NCBI GenBank assembly: GCA_965204345.1
Contig: OZ241981.1
Coordinates: 736,001 to 800,000, forward strand
Reading direction: 5' to 3'
From: Nitrosopumilus sp.
GTDB taxonomy: Archaea > Thermoproteota > Nitrososphaeria > Nitrososphaerales > Nitrosopumilaceae
Length of the DNA: 64,000 bases
Positions 38,959 to 48,482 of the stretch are shown piece by piece (position 1 is the stretch's first letter; each line of letters starts with the position of its first letter). Both the position numbers and the translations under genes were made by a program. The notes beneath the pieces were generated by a model, which was not told the origin of the DNA, searched no databases, and saw only the letters and a program-made list of their open reading frames with translations.

Positions 38959-39288
38959 TTATACGCCCAAGGATTCAGCCTTGCTTAATTCTAAAAAGAC
39001 CTTGTCCCCCACAGAGAGCCCCAAATCTTTGTATTCGTGCATTTCAAGTTTTAGCTGAGTAACGCCGGATTGCATGCCCATGCCACCGCCCATGCCAGAC
39101 ATCATTTTGTTCAAATCTTTCATCATGTCATTCATATTTGAGAATCCCATCACCTTGGGACTGCCAAAGGGAAGCTGCGGGTTTTGAGTCCCCTCTTTGA
39201 GGTCCTTAATTGAGGATAATGATACCACCACATATGGTGCTCCATCAGGTGCAGAATCGATACTTTTGACTACAAATTCTTTCTTCAT
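38959..39288 (-). CDS. Small beta-rich hypothetical protein (arcadin-1-like or swapped-hairpin-like)
   Basis: Beta hairpin, Met/Gly-rich insert, 'LKLEMHEYKDLGLSVGDKVFLEL'. Confidence 0.7.
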   Translation of the reverse strand: MKKEFVVKSIDSAPDGAPYVVVSLSSIKDLKEGTQNPQLPFGSPKVMGFSNMNDMMKDLNKMMSGMGGGMGMQSGVTQLKLEMHEYKDLGLSVGDKVFLELSKAESLGV

Positions 39289-39391
39289 GTATACTGTTGT
39301 ATCAAGATCCATATAATTTTAAGATTAAGGTGAATTGATGCCATATCCACTGGTTTGAAGGTTTAATTACAATTTTTAGCCACAGGAATCA

Positions 39392-39925
39392 TTGTCAGAA
39401 GATATGAAAACGACACTACAATACTATGGAATTTCGCCCTGGGAAATAGAAGTCCTATACGGATTTTTAAATTCTCATTTTACCATAGTTCAAGATGAGA
39501 TAGAGCCAAACGATGAAAAATTTGTTAGTTTTTTGAGCATATCCATTCCGTTGCAGTTCAACGAAGCGTTTTTCCAGTGGTTTGATTTTAAGCGATGGGA
39601 GAAGGTAAAGGCAGTCTTCAAAGAAATGAAACGTCGAAGGGGCAGCGGAAATGCTTTAAAAATCGTGATTAATTTTTCTGGAAACCCAAAAATTATCTTC
39701 ACCATAGACACAGAAGATAAGCAGTGGTTTGATAACGCGTTAGAAAAAATTGATGTCGTCTTAGAGTTATTGCCATATCACATGGATCCCCAGAAAATGC
39801 CTGCGGGAATTTCAGAGGTTATTTACAAATTTGATCCAGAATCAATCAGGTGGCGTCTGGATACAGCATCATCTAAAAGTAAAAAATATTCGTTTAGCGG
39901 AGAGTCATGGAGGGAAGTTACTTGA
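39392..39925 (+). CDS. Hypothetical protein
   Basis: 177-aa ORF. Confidence 0.75.
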   Translation: MSEDMKTTLQYYGISPWEIEVLYGFLNSHFTIVQDEIEPNDEKFVSFLSISIPLQFNEAFFQWFDFKRWEKVKAVFKEMKRRRGSGNALKIVINFSGNPKIIFTIDTEDKQWFDNALEKIDVVLELLPYHMDPQKMPAGISEVIYKFDPESIRWRLDTASSKSKKYSFSGESWREVT

Positions 39926-40370
39926 GATCTTTTTGTAGCGGTTCTAGTAATTCATGCAGCTCCTTATACTTTGATTCTAAAAACCTCAAAGCATCAAGCA
40001 ATTTTTTAGATTTCCCATATTTGTAGCGAATTAATTCTCGATGATGCCAATATGTCTTGCCCTCGCCAGAAGACAAAGTTGTAAAATAATCTGCCCCCTT
40101 TAGTGCATCAGGAAGTTGGATGCCATGTGGAAATAACATATCCACGATAAACCACTCATCACCATCAGGATAGTCCGAACCGGTATCTATATCAAAAAAT
40201 ACATGAAGCAGATCAGACTGCATAAGGCCGTCATCAAGAATGGAAGGATGGCGAATAGAAGATTTTTTAAAATCCAAGTTAACTAGCTGCGGCTCAAAGA
40301 AACCCTTTATGATGGATTTGCGAAAGATTTTGTTGGCTTCGTAAATATTCAACAGAAGAGTTATCCACAA
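39918..40370 (-). CDS. Hypothetical protein
   Basis: 150-aa ORF; true start may be a few codons downstream. Confidence 0.7.
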   Translation of the reverse strand: MWITLLLNIYEANKIFRKSIIKGFFEPQLVNLDFKKSSIRHPSILDDGLMQSDLLHVFFDIDTGSDYPDGDEWFIVDMLFPHGIQLPDALKGADYFTTLSSGEGKTYWHHRELIRYKYGKSKKLLDALRFLESKYKELHELLEPLQKDLK

Positions 40371-40510
40371 ACTAGTCTATAACTTGATTGGTATCCGGAC
40401 ACAAAAATAATAAAAAAATTGAATTTGAAAAAACTAATCAGAAATGCGTCATAAAAATAAGGTTTGAGAGTATTATTTTGAATTAAATATCCCTTTTTTT
40501 AATTACATTT

Positions 40511-40768
40511 ATGGAAATTCACGTATACGACACCTATGTCAAGGCAGCAGACGGACACACCATGCACTTTGATGTAATCACGGGTGAAAAGGATCATGAT
40601 AAGGCCATTGCATATGGTAAAGAATGGTTGGAATCCGTAGGTGAAGGAGAGTCAGAAATGACTGCAAATGAATGCCAATTCTGTCATTCACAAGGAGCAC
40701 CAGAGCCTGTAGAACAGGCAATTAAGGAAAAAGGCTATTTTATCCAAAAGATGGAAGGCTGTCCTTAA
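40511..40768 (+). CDS. DUF2024 family protein
   Basis: 'VYDTYV...DG..MHFDVI', 'ECQFCHS', C-terminal 'MEGC'. Confidence 0.88.
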   Translation: MEIHVYDTYVKAADGHTMHFDVITGEKDHDKAIAYGKEWLESVGEGESEMTANECQFCHSQGAPEPVEQAIKEKGYFIQKMEGCP

Positions 40769-40811
40769 TTATTTTTTTCCTTTTTTATCCAGAAACATAT
40801 TTTTTAAGTCA

Positions 40812-41012
40812 ATGCAGTACAAAACGGATATGTCAGATAGCAAATACTCAAAATGGACAGTTGAGGGCGAAAAGAAGACAAAGTGGATTTGTGGATGTTT
40901 TCAGACAGCTGATAATTATTTTAAATTCTGTGAGAAGCACAGCTCAACTTTGAGAAAAGCAATTCAAGATCAGATTGATGAGTTGGACATGACACTGATT
41001 GTCGAGGACTAG
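40812..41012 (+). CDS. Small CxC...CxxH metal-binding protein
   Basis: 'WICGCFQT...FCEKH'. Confidence 0.65.
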   Translation: MQYKTDMSDSKYSKWTVEGEKKTKWICGCFQTADNYFKFCEKHSSTLRKAIQDQIDELDMTLIVED

Positions 41013-43048
41013 ATAGCAATGATTGCAACAAATATAGGTACGAAAACTATTGCAATGGTGTTTAGTAGTTTAATCACAGTGTTAAGTGCAGGACCCGCAG
41101 TATCTTTGTAGGGATCACCGATGATGTCTCCGACTACAGCAACCTTATGAACATCAGAGCCTTTTTCACCTTTCATTTCAACAAGTTTCTTTGCATTATC
41201 CCATGCACCGCCGGTATTTGCCAAATGATATGCCAGTAAGATTCCAGTAACAACTGAGCCCATCAGCAGTCCTGCTACTGCAGTCGGACCTAGCAGAATT
41301 CCCAAGATAATTGGGGCAATGACTGCAACCATAGCCGGCTTCCACAGTTCCCTGATGGATGCAACAGTGGCAATATCTACACATCTAGCATAATCAGGTT
41401 TTGAGGTTCCAGCAAGAATTCCAGTATCTGCCTTGAATTGACGTCTTACCTCATCAACCATTTTTCCGGCAGCACGGGATACGCCGTTAATGAGTTGGCC
41501 TGTAATGATAAATGGAATCAGGCCACCAACTAGCAACCCTACTATAATTGCAGGATTAGTCAAGATGTAATCTAACTCCATACGATCAGCGAAAAAATGA
41601 GCAGCCTCGAATTGGAATGCCTGAATCATGGCCAAAGCAGCTAGTGCGGCACTTGCAATTGCAAATCCCTTGGTTACAGCTTTGGTAGTGTTTCCAACTG
41701 CATCAATCTCGTCTGTAACCTTGCGATTTTCTTCGCCCATTCCAGTCATCTCAACAATTCCACCTGCATTATCTGCAATTGGACCAAATGCATCTATACT
41801 GAGAACAATTCCTGCAAGGCTTAGCATGGCCATTGCAGTTAAAGCAGTGCCAAAGATTCCATAAAGTATCGGGTCTGCACCTTCAGGAGCTGCTGCAGAT
41901 GCAATGCTGTAAGATAGGATAATTGCGACAACCAATGTAATCATGAAGGGCCCTGTAGATTGCATGCCTTTGATAATTCCCATTAGGGTCAATGATGCAT
42001 ATCCCCATTTTGCAGAATCTGCAATTTCATTGACCGGCTTTTGTTTGTAACTAGTGTAATAATCAGTAATCTTCTGAATGACTGGAACGAGAATTACGCC
42101 AATGACAGTGGAGCCAAAGAGGGCATATGATGCTGAAGAATCCCCAATGAACTGCGTGATAAATACATAGTTGAGTCCAATTGCAATTGCTGCAGAAACA
42201 TAAAACGAGCGATTAAGGGGCTTCATAACGTCTGTAATATTCTTAGAGCCGACAATTACAACTCCAATGATGGATGCAATCATTCCAGACGAGCCAATTA
42301 AAATTGGATAAAGGAAAAAGTTTGGTGCTCCAATCAATGCTGCAATTAACAGTGCCGCAAGAATTGTCACAATATAAGACTCGTAGACATCGGAACCCAT
42401 TCCAGCTGCATCGCCGACATTGTCTCCAACGTTATCTGCAATTGTTGCAGGGTTTCTAGGATCATCTTCTGGAATATTTGCCTCGACTTTTCCTACCAAG
42501 TCAGCGCCCATATCTGCTGCCTTTGTGAAAATGCCGCCCCCTATCCTAATGAATAGTGCGATGAGACTGGCTCCAATTCCCACACCTGCAATTGTGATTG
42601 GGTCTGGATAAACCAAATAAAGTCCAGTAATTGCCAACAATGCCATTGCGGGAACTGCAAGACCAACTGTGGCACCTCCTCTAAAGGCCATAGCAAACGT
42701 CTGCCCAAGGCCACTGCCACTTAGATTTGCAGCCCTGACTGCTGTCTTTACTGTAATTTTTAGGGAGATAATTCCTGCTACTGCAGAAAGCGTGGCACCT
42801 ACTGCAAATGCAATTCCGTTTGAGCTATGCAAGAAGATGCCAATAACTAGGGATAATCCAATAGATACCGGAATGATAATTTTCATCTCTCTTTTGAGAA
42901 ATGCAGAAGCTCCTTCCTTGACGGCATTGGAGATGTCCATCATTTCTTTTGTTCCTGCCGGTTGCTTGACAATCCATGCAACCAAGCCAGCTGCAACTAA
43001 AAATGATGCAATACCTGCGATAAATGGCAGAATCTCAGCTATTTCCAT
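41009..43048 (-). CDS. hppA: Membrane-bound pyrophosphatase, K+-independent signature
   Basis: 'GGIFTKAADMGADLVGKVEANIPEDDPRNPA', GNTTKA, 'GDPYKDTAGPALN'. Confidence 0.96.
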   Translation of the reverse strand: MEIAEILPFIAGIASFLVAAGLVAWIVKQPAGTKEMMDISNAVKEGASAFLKREMKIIIPVSIGLSLVIGIFLHSSNGIAFAVGATLSAVAGIISLKITVKTAVRAANLSGSGLGQTFAMAFRGGATVGLAVPAMALLAITGLYLVYPDPITIAGVGIGASLIALFIRIGGGIFTKAADMGADLVGKVEANIPEDDPRNPATIADNVGDNVGDAAGMGSDVYESYIVTILAALLIAALIGAPNFFLYPILIGSSGMIASIIGVVIVGSKNITDVMKPLNRSFYVSAAIAIGLNYVFITQFIGDSSASYALFGSTVIGVILVPVIQKITDYYTSYKQKPVNEIADSAKWGYASLTLMGIIKGMQSTGPFMITLVVAIILSYSIASAAAPEGADPILYGIFGTALTAMAMLSLAGIVLSIDAFGPIADNAGGIVEMTGMGEENRKVTDEIDAVGNTTKAVTKGFAIASAALAALAMIQAFQFEAAHFFADRMELDYILTNPAIIVGLLVGGLIPFIITGQLINGVSRAAGKMVDEVRRQFKADTGILAGTSKPDYARCVDIATVASIRELWKPAMVAVIAPIILGILLGPTAVAGLLMGSVVTGILLAYHLANTGGAWDNAKKLVEMKGEKGSDVHKVAVVGDIIGDPYKDTAGPALNTVIKLLNTIAIVFVPIFVAIIAI

Positions 43049-43084
43049 AATATACTTTGCTTGCTTGAACCTAGTAAATATAAA

Positions 43085-43465
43085 TCAAATAGAGAAAGCC
43101 CTGCTGCCTCTTTTTCTATAGGGAGGAAATGTTTTCCCCCTTAGTCCTTGTCTTACTAGTTTATTGAATCGCTTGCCATGGGCAAGATAAGGAAAGCGCA
43201 TATGGATTAGCTCATGTACGATCGTATTCTCCAAAGTTTTCTCATCAGGGATTTTTCTAACATTAAGAAAAACAAGATTATGCTGCAGATAGGATACCCC
43301 ATAGTATTTGTAGGCAGAGGTCCGTCTGCCTTGGGTCATCTCTTTTGGAGCATCCAAGACATCCTTGGTGGTAAGAAAGACTTGTGGCTCGGAGATGGAA
43401 AATCTATTAGAGTATATGCCGACTTTTTCTAGAATCTGTAACGTAAGATCAGGATCAAGTTTCAC
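43085..43465 (-). CDS. Minimal HExxH metallohydrolase (YgjP/SprT-like)
   Basis: 'TIVHELIH...HGKRF'. Confidence 0.75.
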   Translation of the reverse strand: MKLDPDLTLQILEKVGIYSNRFSISEPQVFLTTKDVLDAPKEMTQGRRTSAYKYYGVSYLQHNLVFLNVRKIPDEKTLENTIVHELIHMRFPYLAHGKRFNKLVRQGLRGKTFPPYRKRGSRAFSI

Positions 43466-43561
43466 AGCATTAGATCACAGAATCTGTGTTTATCCTAAAG
43501 AGTCAAATGTTGTATAAAATTTGGTGTATAATTATTTGTGAGTGTAAGAGGGATCAGGAAT

Positions 43562-43629
43562 TAATGAGGTCAGAGGTTTTAGTAGGGTAATCACAAATCA
43601 TACAGCCACCGTCTCATCACACCCCATTA
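43562..43629 (-). ncRNA. Box C/D methylation-guide sRNA candidate
   Basis: C GTGATGA, 12-nt guide, D' ATGA, C' GTGATTA, 14-nt guide, D CTGA; closed by an 8-bp stem TAATGGGG/CCTCATTA. Confidence 0.8.
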
Positions 43630-44121
43630 TTCCATCAAGTCAAGTAAGCCTTGTGCTTTATTTCTAATTTCTGGAGTAATAACTACTATTACTAGCCCCT
43701 CGTTTGGCTGACCGTACATGACAACAGAGTTCTCAGGGGCATAAACGCATGCTGGAAGAACTAGAAGATCTTCCTCCCCGTTTACAAAAATCCTTACCGG
43801 AGAATCCATAGCAAATGCCTTTTTGATCATGGAGATGCTTTGAGAGGTGATTTCTGCTGCAGGATTCTCAACTGCCAACTCTGTCGCATTTTCTAATTTT
43901 GGGGGATCCCTTTTTTTTCGTCTCTCCTGTCCGTCAACAATCTGCAATGACGGGACCAGGTCAAAACCAATCATTTTTTCAGTAGTTCTATCGCCGACAG
44001 TAACCAGGTACGGGTTTTTTGAGAGATATCTTTGTACATCATCTTTTTTGGCCTGGTCTTCAGGCAACAGTATCCCCAAAGGAACTTTCATCTGGTCTCT
44101 AAGAGAATCAGGTAATTTCAC
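43627..44121 (-). CDS. GTP-dependent dephospho-CoA kinase (DUF359)
   Basis: 'TVGDRTT', 'NPAAEIT', 'GEEDLL', 'YGQPNEG'. Confidence 0.9.
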   Translation of the reverse strand: MKLPDSLRDQMKVPLGILLPEDQAKKDDVQRYLSKNPYLVTVGDRTTEKMIGFDLVPSLQIVDGQERRKKRDPPKLENATELAVENPAAEITSQSISMIKKAFAMDSPVRIFVNGEEDLLVLPACVYAPENSVVMYGQPNEGLVIVVITPEIRNKAQGLLDLME

Positions 44122-44132
44122 AGGAATCGGGA

Positions 44133-45245
44133 TTAGTTTGTATCTGCCTCAGGAGCTGGTTCCTTGCCAGAGTTTTCAGATTCCATCTCTTCTTGAAGAT
44201 TAGCTGCAATAATGCTACACTGTGCTGCAATATTTTTTGCACTGGTTCTAAATGCTTCTGCACTGGGAGAGTCAGGATTTGTGATCATGATTGGCTTGCC
44301 CAAGTCAGAACCTGCCATGATTCCAGAATTTAATGGGATTTCACCTAGGAAAGGCATGTTAAATCGTTCGCTGATCTTCTTTGCACCGCCCTCGCCAAAG
44401 ATGTAGTGTTTGTCATCACAGTTTGGACAAACAAAATGACTCATGTTTTCAACGACTCCGATGATTGGAACGTTTAGTTTTTCAAACATTGAGACTGCTT
44501 TAACTGCAACATCGCTTGCAACATCTTGAGGAGTTGTAACCACAAGGATTCCCGTAATTGGGATAGTTTGTGCAAGGGTTAGCGGAATATCACCGGTTCC
44601 AGGCGGAAGATCTACAATCAGGTAATCCAGCTCAGACCAATTTGTATCTACTAGGAACTGTTTTAAAATTCCAGAGATGATTGGACCGCGATAAATTGCA
44701 GCCTGGTTTGATTGATCAGCAAAAAATCCAAAAGATACAACTTTTAACCCATTTGAATCGGCAGGCTGTAATTTATTTTCCTCAACTTCCATAAACCCGT
44801 CTTTCATTCCAAGCATCAGTGGAATACTGGGCCCATAGATATCAGCATCCAACAAGCCGACTTTGGCTCCGGATTGAGATAGTGCCAGTGCCAGGTTTAA
44901 GGAAACAGTTGATTTTCCAACGCCGCCTTTTCCGCTAGCAACGCCTATAATGTTTTTGACAGTTGTCATGCCAGTATCATCATCAAGTGAGCGGCCTTCC
45001 ATGACTTTGGCAGTAACATCCATATCAAAATTTTTCAAATCAGAAAGTTCGGCAATCGCTTTTCGGACATCATCCTCGATTTCAACATTAAACGGGCATG
45101 CAGGAGTTGTCAGTTCCAAGGTAAATTTGAGATTTCCGTCATTGAGCTCCAAGTTTTTAATCATGCCCATAGATACAATATCCTTTTTCAAATCAGGATC
45201 AATTACAGTGCTAAGTTTTTCAAGAACTTGATCGATTCCAACCAT
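44133..45245 (-). CDS. mrp: Mrp/Nbp35 Fe-S cluster carrier ATPase with DUF59 domain
   Basis: 'TTPACP', GKGGVGKS, 'DLPPGTGD', 'ENMS..CPNC'. Confidence 0.95.
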   Translation of the reverse strand: MVGIDQVLEKLSTVIDPDLKKDIVSMGMIKNLELNDGNLKFTLELTTPACPFNVEIEDDVRKAIAELSDLKNFDMDVTAKVMEGRSLDDDTGMTTVKNIIGVASGKGGVGKSTVSLNLALALSQSGAKVGLLDADIYGPSIPLMLGMKDGFMEVEENKLQPADSNGLKVVSFGFFADQSNQAAIYRGPIISGILKQFLVDTNWSELDYLIVDLPPGTGDIPLTLAQTIPITGILVVTTPQDVASDVAVKAVSMFEKLNVPIIGVVENMSHFVCPNCDDKHYIFGEGGAKKISERFNMPFLGEIPLNSGIMAGSDLGKPIMITNPDSPSAEAFRTSAKNIAAQCSIIAANLQEEMESENSGKEPAPEADTN

Positions 45246-45394
45246 TGCGTCAAAAAGTCAGTTGACATTATTTAAACATAAGTTAGATATACAAAGAAAT
45301 TGACACTAATTGGGAAGACAAGAAAAAATTTTGGTAATTTGAGCCTCAAAACACCTAAACATTCATAAATTGAAATTCGAGAAAAACTGTACAT

Positions 45395-45991
45395 TTGTTT
45401 TCTATATCTACCCTAGTTGATGTTGTTAGGATTCCCCCAAGCTTGTTTGGAACCACGCTCAAAAAGGCCGCAATAAACATTCTCAAGGAAAAGTATGAGA
45501 GTATGATCAATGCAGACTTGGGATACATCATTATGATTTTAGATGCCAAAGTCGATGAAATGGGAAAGATGATTGCAGGAGATGGCGGAACATTTCACAA
45601 AGTTGAGTTTGAAGCATTGACGTTTTATCCAAAATTACAAGAAATTGTTCAGGGAGAGATTGTAGACATTACGGACTTTGGAGCATTTGTAAGAATTGGC
45701 CCAACTGATGCACTTCTTCACTTGTCACAGATAATGGATGACTATCTAAAGAGTGATGTTAAATCGGGAATGATTCTAGCTAATCAGAGCGGAAGAACAC
45801 TCAAAGTCGGTTCCACGCTTCGTGTAAGAATTACTGCCGTATCATTAGGAAAAGCTGCTGCAATGGGCAAGATTGGAATTACATGCAGACAGCCATTTTT
45901 AGGTGCAGATGAATGGATTGCCGAGGAAATTAAAAAGGCCGGAGGCGAGGAAGCCGAACCAGCAAAAAAAGACAAAGTAGAGGCAAGCTAA
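45395..45991 (+). CDS. rpoE1: RNA polymerase subunit Rpo7 (E')
   Basis: S1 domain 'FGAFVRIGPTDALLHLSQI', 'CRQPFLG'. Confidence 0.96.
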   Translation: MFSISTLVDVVRIPPSLFGTTLKKAAINILKEKYESMINADLGYIIMILDAKVDEMGKMIAGDGGTFHKVEFEALTFYPKLQEIVQGEIVDITDFGAFVRIGPTDALLHLSQIMDDYLKSDVKSGMILANQSGRTLKVGSTLRVRITAVSLGKAAAMGKIGITCRQPFLGADEWIAEEIKKAGGEEAEPAKKDKVEAS

Positions 45992-45992
45992 G

Positions 45993-46181
45993 ATGGCACG
46001 AGAGATGGCATGTCGCAAATGTAAATTTGTAACAACCAGCAAGGTCTGTCCAGGATGCAAGTCATCGGATTTAACACCGGATTGGAATGGGGTTGTACTA
46101 GTGGTGGATCCTACAAATTCAGAAATTTCAAAAACACTAGGCATTACCCAGAAAGGCAAGTATGCAATCAAAGTAACATAA
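45993..46181 (+). CDS. spt4: Transcription elongation factor Spt4 (RpoE2)
   Basis: CRKC/CPGC, 'W.GVVLVVDP..SEISK.LGI...GKYAIKV'. Confidence 0.95.
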   Translation: MAREMACRKCKFVTTSKVCPGCKSSDLTPDWNGVVLVVDPTNSEISKTLGITQKGKYAIKVT

Positions 46182-46215
46182 AATCTTTAAAATCAAAACA
46201 ATAATTATCAATACG

Positions 46216-47031
46216 TTGGCATTTAACTACAAAAAACAACTGCTGCAATTTCTTGCAGAAGATATTGGCAAAGGGGATATTACAAGTAGCTTGATATCAG
46301 AGAAAAAGATATCAGCCAGAATTATACCCAGAGAAAAAGCTGTGTTAGGGGGGGTAGCATATGCCAAAAAAATTTTCAAAATTAGGGGATGCAGTGTCAG
46401 GGTACTAAAAAAAGACGGCTCAAAAATAGGACCTAGTCAGACAATTATGACCATTACCGGAAATGCAGGGGACATACTCACATGCGAAAGGACTGCCCTG
46501 AATCTCCTGACAAGAATGAGTGGAATTGCAACGCAGACAGACTTTCTTGTGAAAAAAATTCCAAACAGAGTAAAATTATATGCAACAAGAAAGACAGCGC
46601 CAGGACTAAGATATTTTGACAAGGAAGCAGTCAGGATAGGAGGGGGACAAAGACACAGGCTCAGATTAGATGAAATGGTAATGATTAAGGATAATCATAT
46701 TGCCGCAGAAGGGTCATTGTCGGCTTTGATAAAAAAGGCAAAAAGAAAGCATAAAAAATTTGAGGTAGAGGTTGAAAATACATCAGATGCAGTAATGGCT
46801 GCAAGAGAAGGGGCAACAATAGTCATGCTAGATAATTTCTCGCCAGGGCAGATTAAAAAGACAGTTCAGGCGCTCAAAAGTCAAAGATTAAGGGGTGCCG
46901 TTATGCTAGAGGCATCCGGAGGGATTAATGCCAAAAACATATCACAGTATGGAAAAACAGGAGTCGACATAATCTCGGTGGGAAGCATTACAAGTTCCGT
47001 AAAAGGCATTGATATGAGCTTGGAGATTTAA
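46216..47031 (+). CDS. nadC: Quinolinate phosphoribosyltransferase
   Basis: 'ATRKTAPG', 'KDNH', 'EVEVE', 'MLDN', 'EASGGI'. Confidence 0.96.
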   Translation: MAFNYKKQLLQFLAEDIGKGDITSSLISEKKISARIIPREKAVLGGVAYAKKIFKIRGCSVRVLKKDGSKIGPSQTIMTITGNAGDILTCERTALNLLTRMSGIATQTDFLVKKIPNRVKLYATRKTAPGLRYFDKEAVRIGGGQRHRLRLDEMVMIKDNHIAAEGSLSALIKKAKRKHKKFEVEVENTSDAVMAAREGATIVMLDNFSPGQIKKTVQALKSQRLRGAVMLEASGGINAKNISQYGKTGVDIISVGSITSSVKGIDMSLEI

Positions 47032-47432
47032 GGGGACAGTTCCTTTAACAAGTCAGACACGGTCTTGTTTTTTGGATCGACTTCTTGAATTTTTTCACAG
47101 CACTGAATTGCATGTTTGATCTGCCCTAATTTTTGATGCGAATATGCCTTTAGCAGTAAGACATCTACATCGTAATTTCCAATATCAAGTGCCCTATCAA
47201 AATAAGATATTGCGTTTTTGTATCTCTTTTTTAGATAATAAATCCCACCCAGAGTAAAGAGGACATCATGGTTGTTTGGTGCTTTTTGCAGATATTCTGT
47301 GCCTAATTTTACAGATTCTGAATATTTTTTCTCTTTGACTAGCTTTTTGAATTTTTTTAGCTTTTGAATATTTTCTTTTTGTTTGGGATCTTTTGGGGTT
47401 CTAGAAAACAAGCCAGTCATAATTGGAATCAT
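47028..47432 (-). CDS. TPR repeat protein
   Basis: TPR consensus units. Confidence 0.85.
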   Translation of the reverse strand: MIPIMTGLFSRTPKDPKQKENIQKLKKFKKLVKEKKYSESVKLGTEYLQKAPNNHDVLFTLGGIYYLKKRYKNAISYFDRALDIGNYDVDVLLLKAYSHQKLGQIKHAIQCCEKIQEVDPKNKTVSDLLKELSP

Positions 47433-48389
47433 TTAGCTTATTGCAAGCATTCTATCAATTGCTAAACGGGCTTTGTCTGCAATGTCTTTGGAGACGGTAA
47501 CTATATTTTTTTCATTGACTAGTGCATCATAGACCTTCTCAAGCGTAATCATTTTCATGTACTGGCACTCTGCCTTTTCAGATGCCGGAATGAATGTTTT
47601 CTCGGGGTTTTGCTGCCTCATTTTATATAAAATTCCAGTTTCAGTTGCAACGACAAAATTTTTGGATTTGGATTTGCTAACATGGTTTAGCATTCCCTCA
47701 GTAGAAAGAATTGAAACTTTTTGATCATCATAGCCTCCATCAGCTACATCATACATCATGGGAGTAGTGCAGCTACATTCAGGATGTATGACAAACTCAG
47801 CATCTGTCATGGATTCTAGTTTTTTAGTTACATCATCAGGAGTGATGCCGGCATGAACGTGGCATTCACCTGCCCAAATATACATATTTTTTCTTCCGGT
47901 CATTTTTGCAACATACGATCCCAAAAACATGTCAGGTAAAAATAATATCTCCCTGTCCTCAGGGATTGCCTTGACTACATTAACAGCATTAGAAGAAGTA
48001 CAGCAATAGTCTAGCTCAGACTTGATTTGCGCTGTAGTGTTAACATAACCCACGGTAATGGCACCGGGATGCTGTTTTTTCCAGTTTTTTAACTCGTCTA
48101 CAGTAATTGAATCAGACAATGAACACCCAGCCTCTAAATCAGGCAGCAGGACTTTTTTTTCAGGACTGATAATGGCAGCAGTTTCGGCCATAAAATTTAC
48201 CCCACAGAAAAGAATTGTTTTTTGAGGAACAATTGCGGCCTGCCTGGACAGACCCAAAGAGTCGCCGGTAAAATCAGATATGTCTTGCACGTCAGGAATC
48301 TGATAATTATGTGCCAGAATTACCACGTCTTTTTCTTTTTTGAGTTTCAGAATTTTGTCTTTGAGTTCTGAGGCTTGTTGTACTAGCAT
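47433..48389 (-). CDS. nadA: Quinolinate synthase
   Basis: 'LAHNYQ', 'CGVNFMAE', 'YVNT', 'HPEC'. Confidence 0.96.
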   Translation of the reverse strand: MLVQQASELKDKILKLKKEKDVVILAHNYQIPDVQDISDFTGDSLGLSRQAAIVPQKTILFCGVNFMAETAAIISPEKKVLLPDLEAGCSLSDSITVDELKNWKKQHPGAITVGYVNTTAQIKSELDYCCTSSNAVNVVKAIPEDREILFLPDMFLGSYVAKMTGRKNMYIWAGECHVHAGITPDDVTKKLESMTDAEFVIHPECSCTTPMMYDVADGGYDDQKVSILSTEGMLNHVSKSKSKNFVVATETGILYKMRQQNPEKTFIPASEKAECQYMKMITLEKVYDALVNEKNIVTVSKDIADKARLAIDRMLAIS

Positions 48390-48482
48390 AAACTAAAAAA
48401 AAATGAATTTGCGGGGATTTAAAGAATGGGAAGCAGACCAGAATTATATGAAAAATTAGCAAACATGGCAATTATTGCCATA

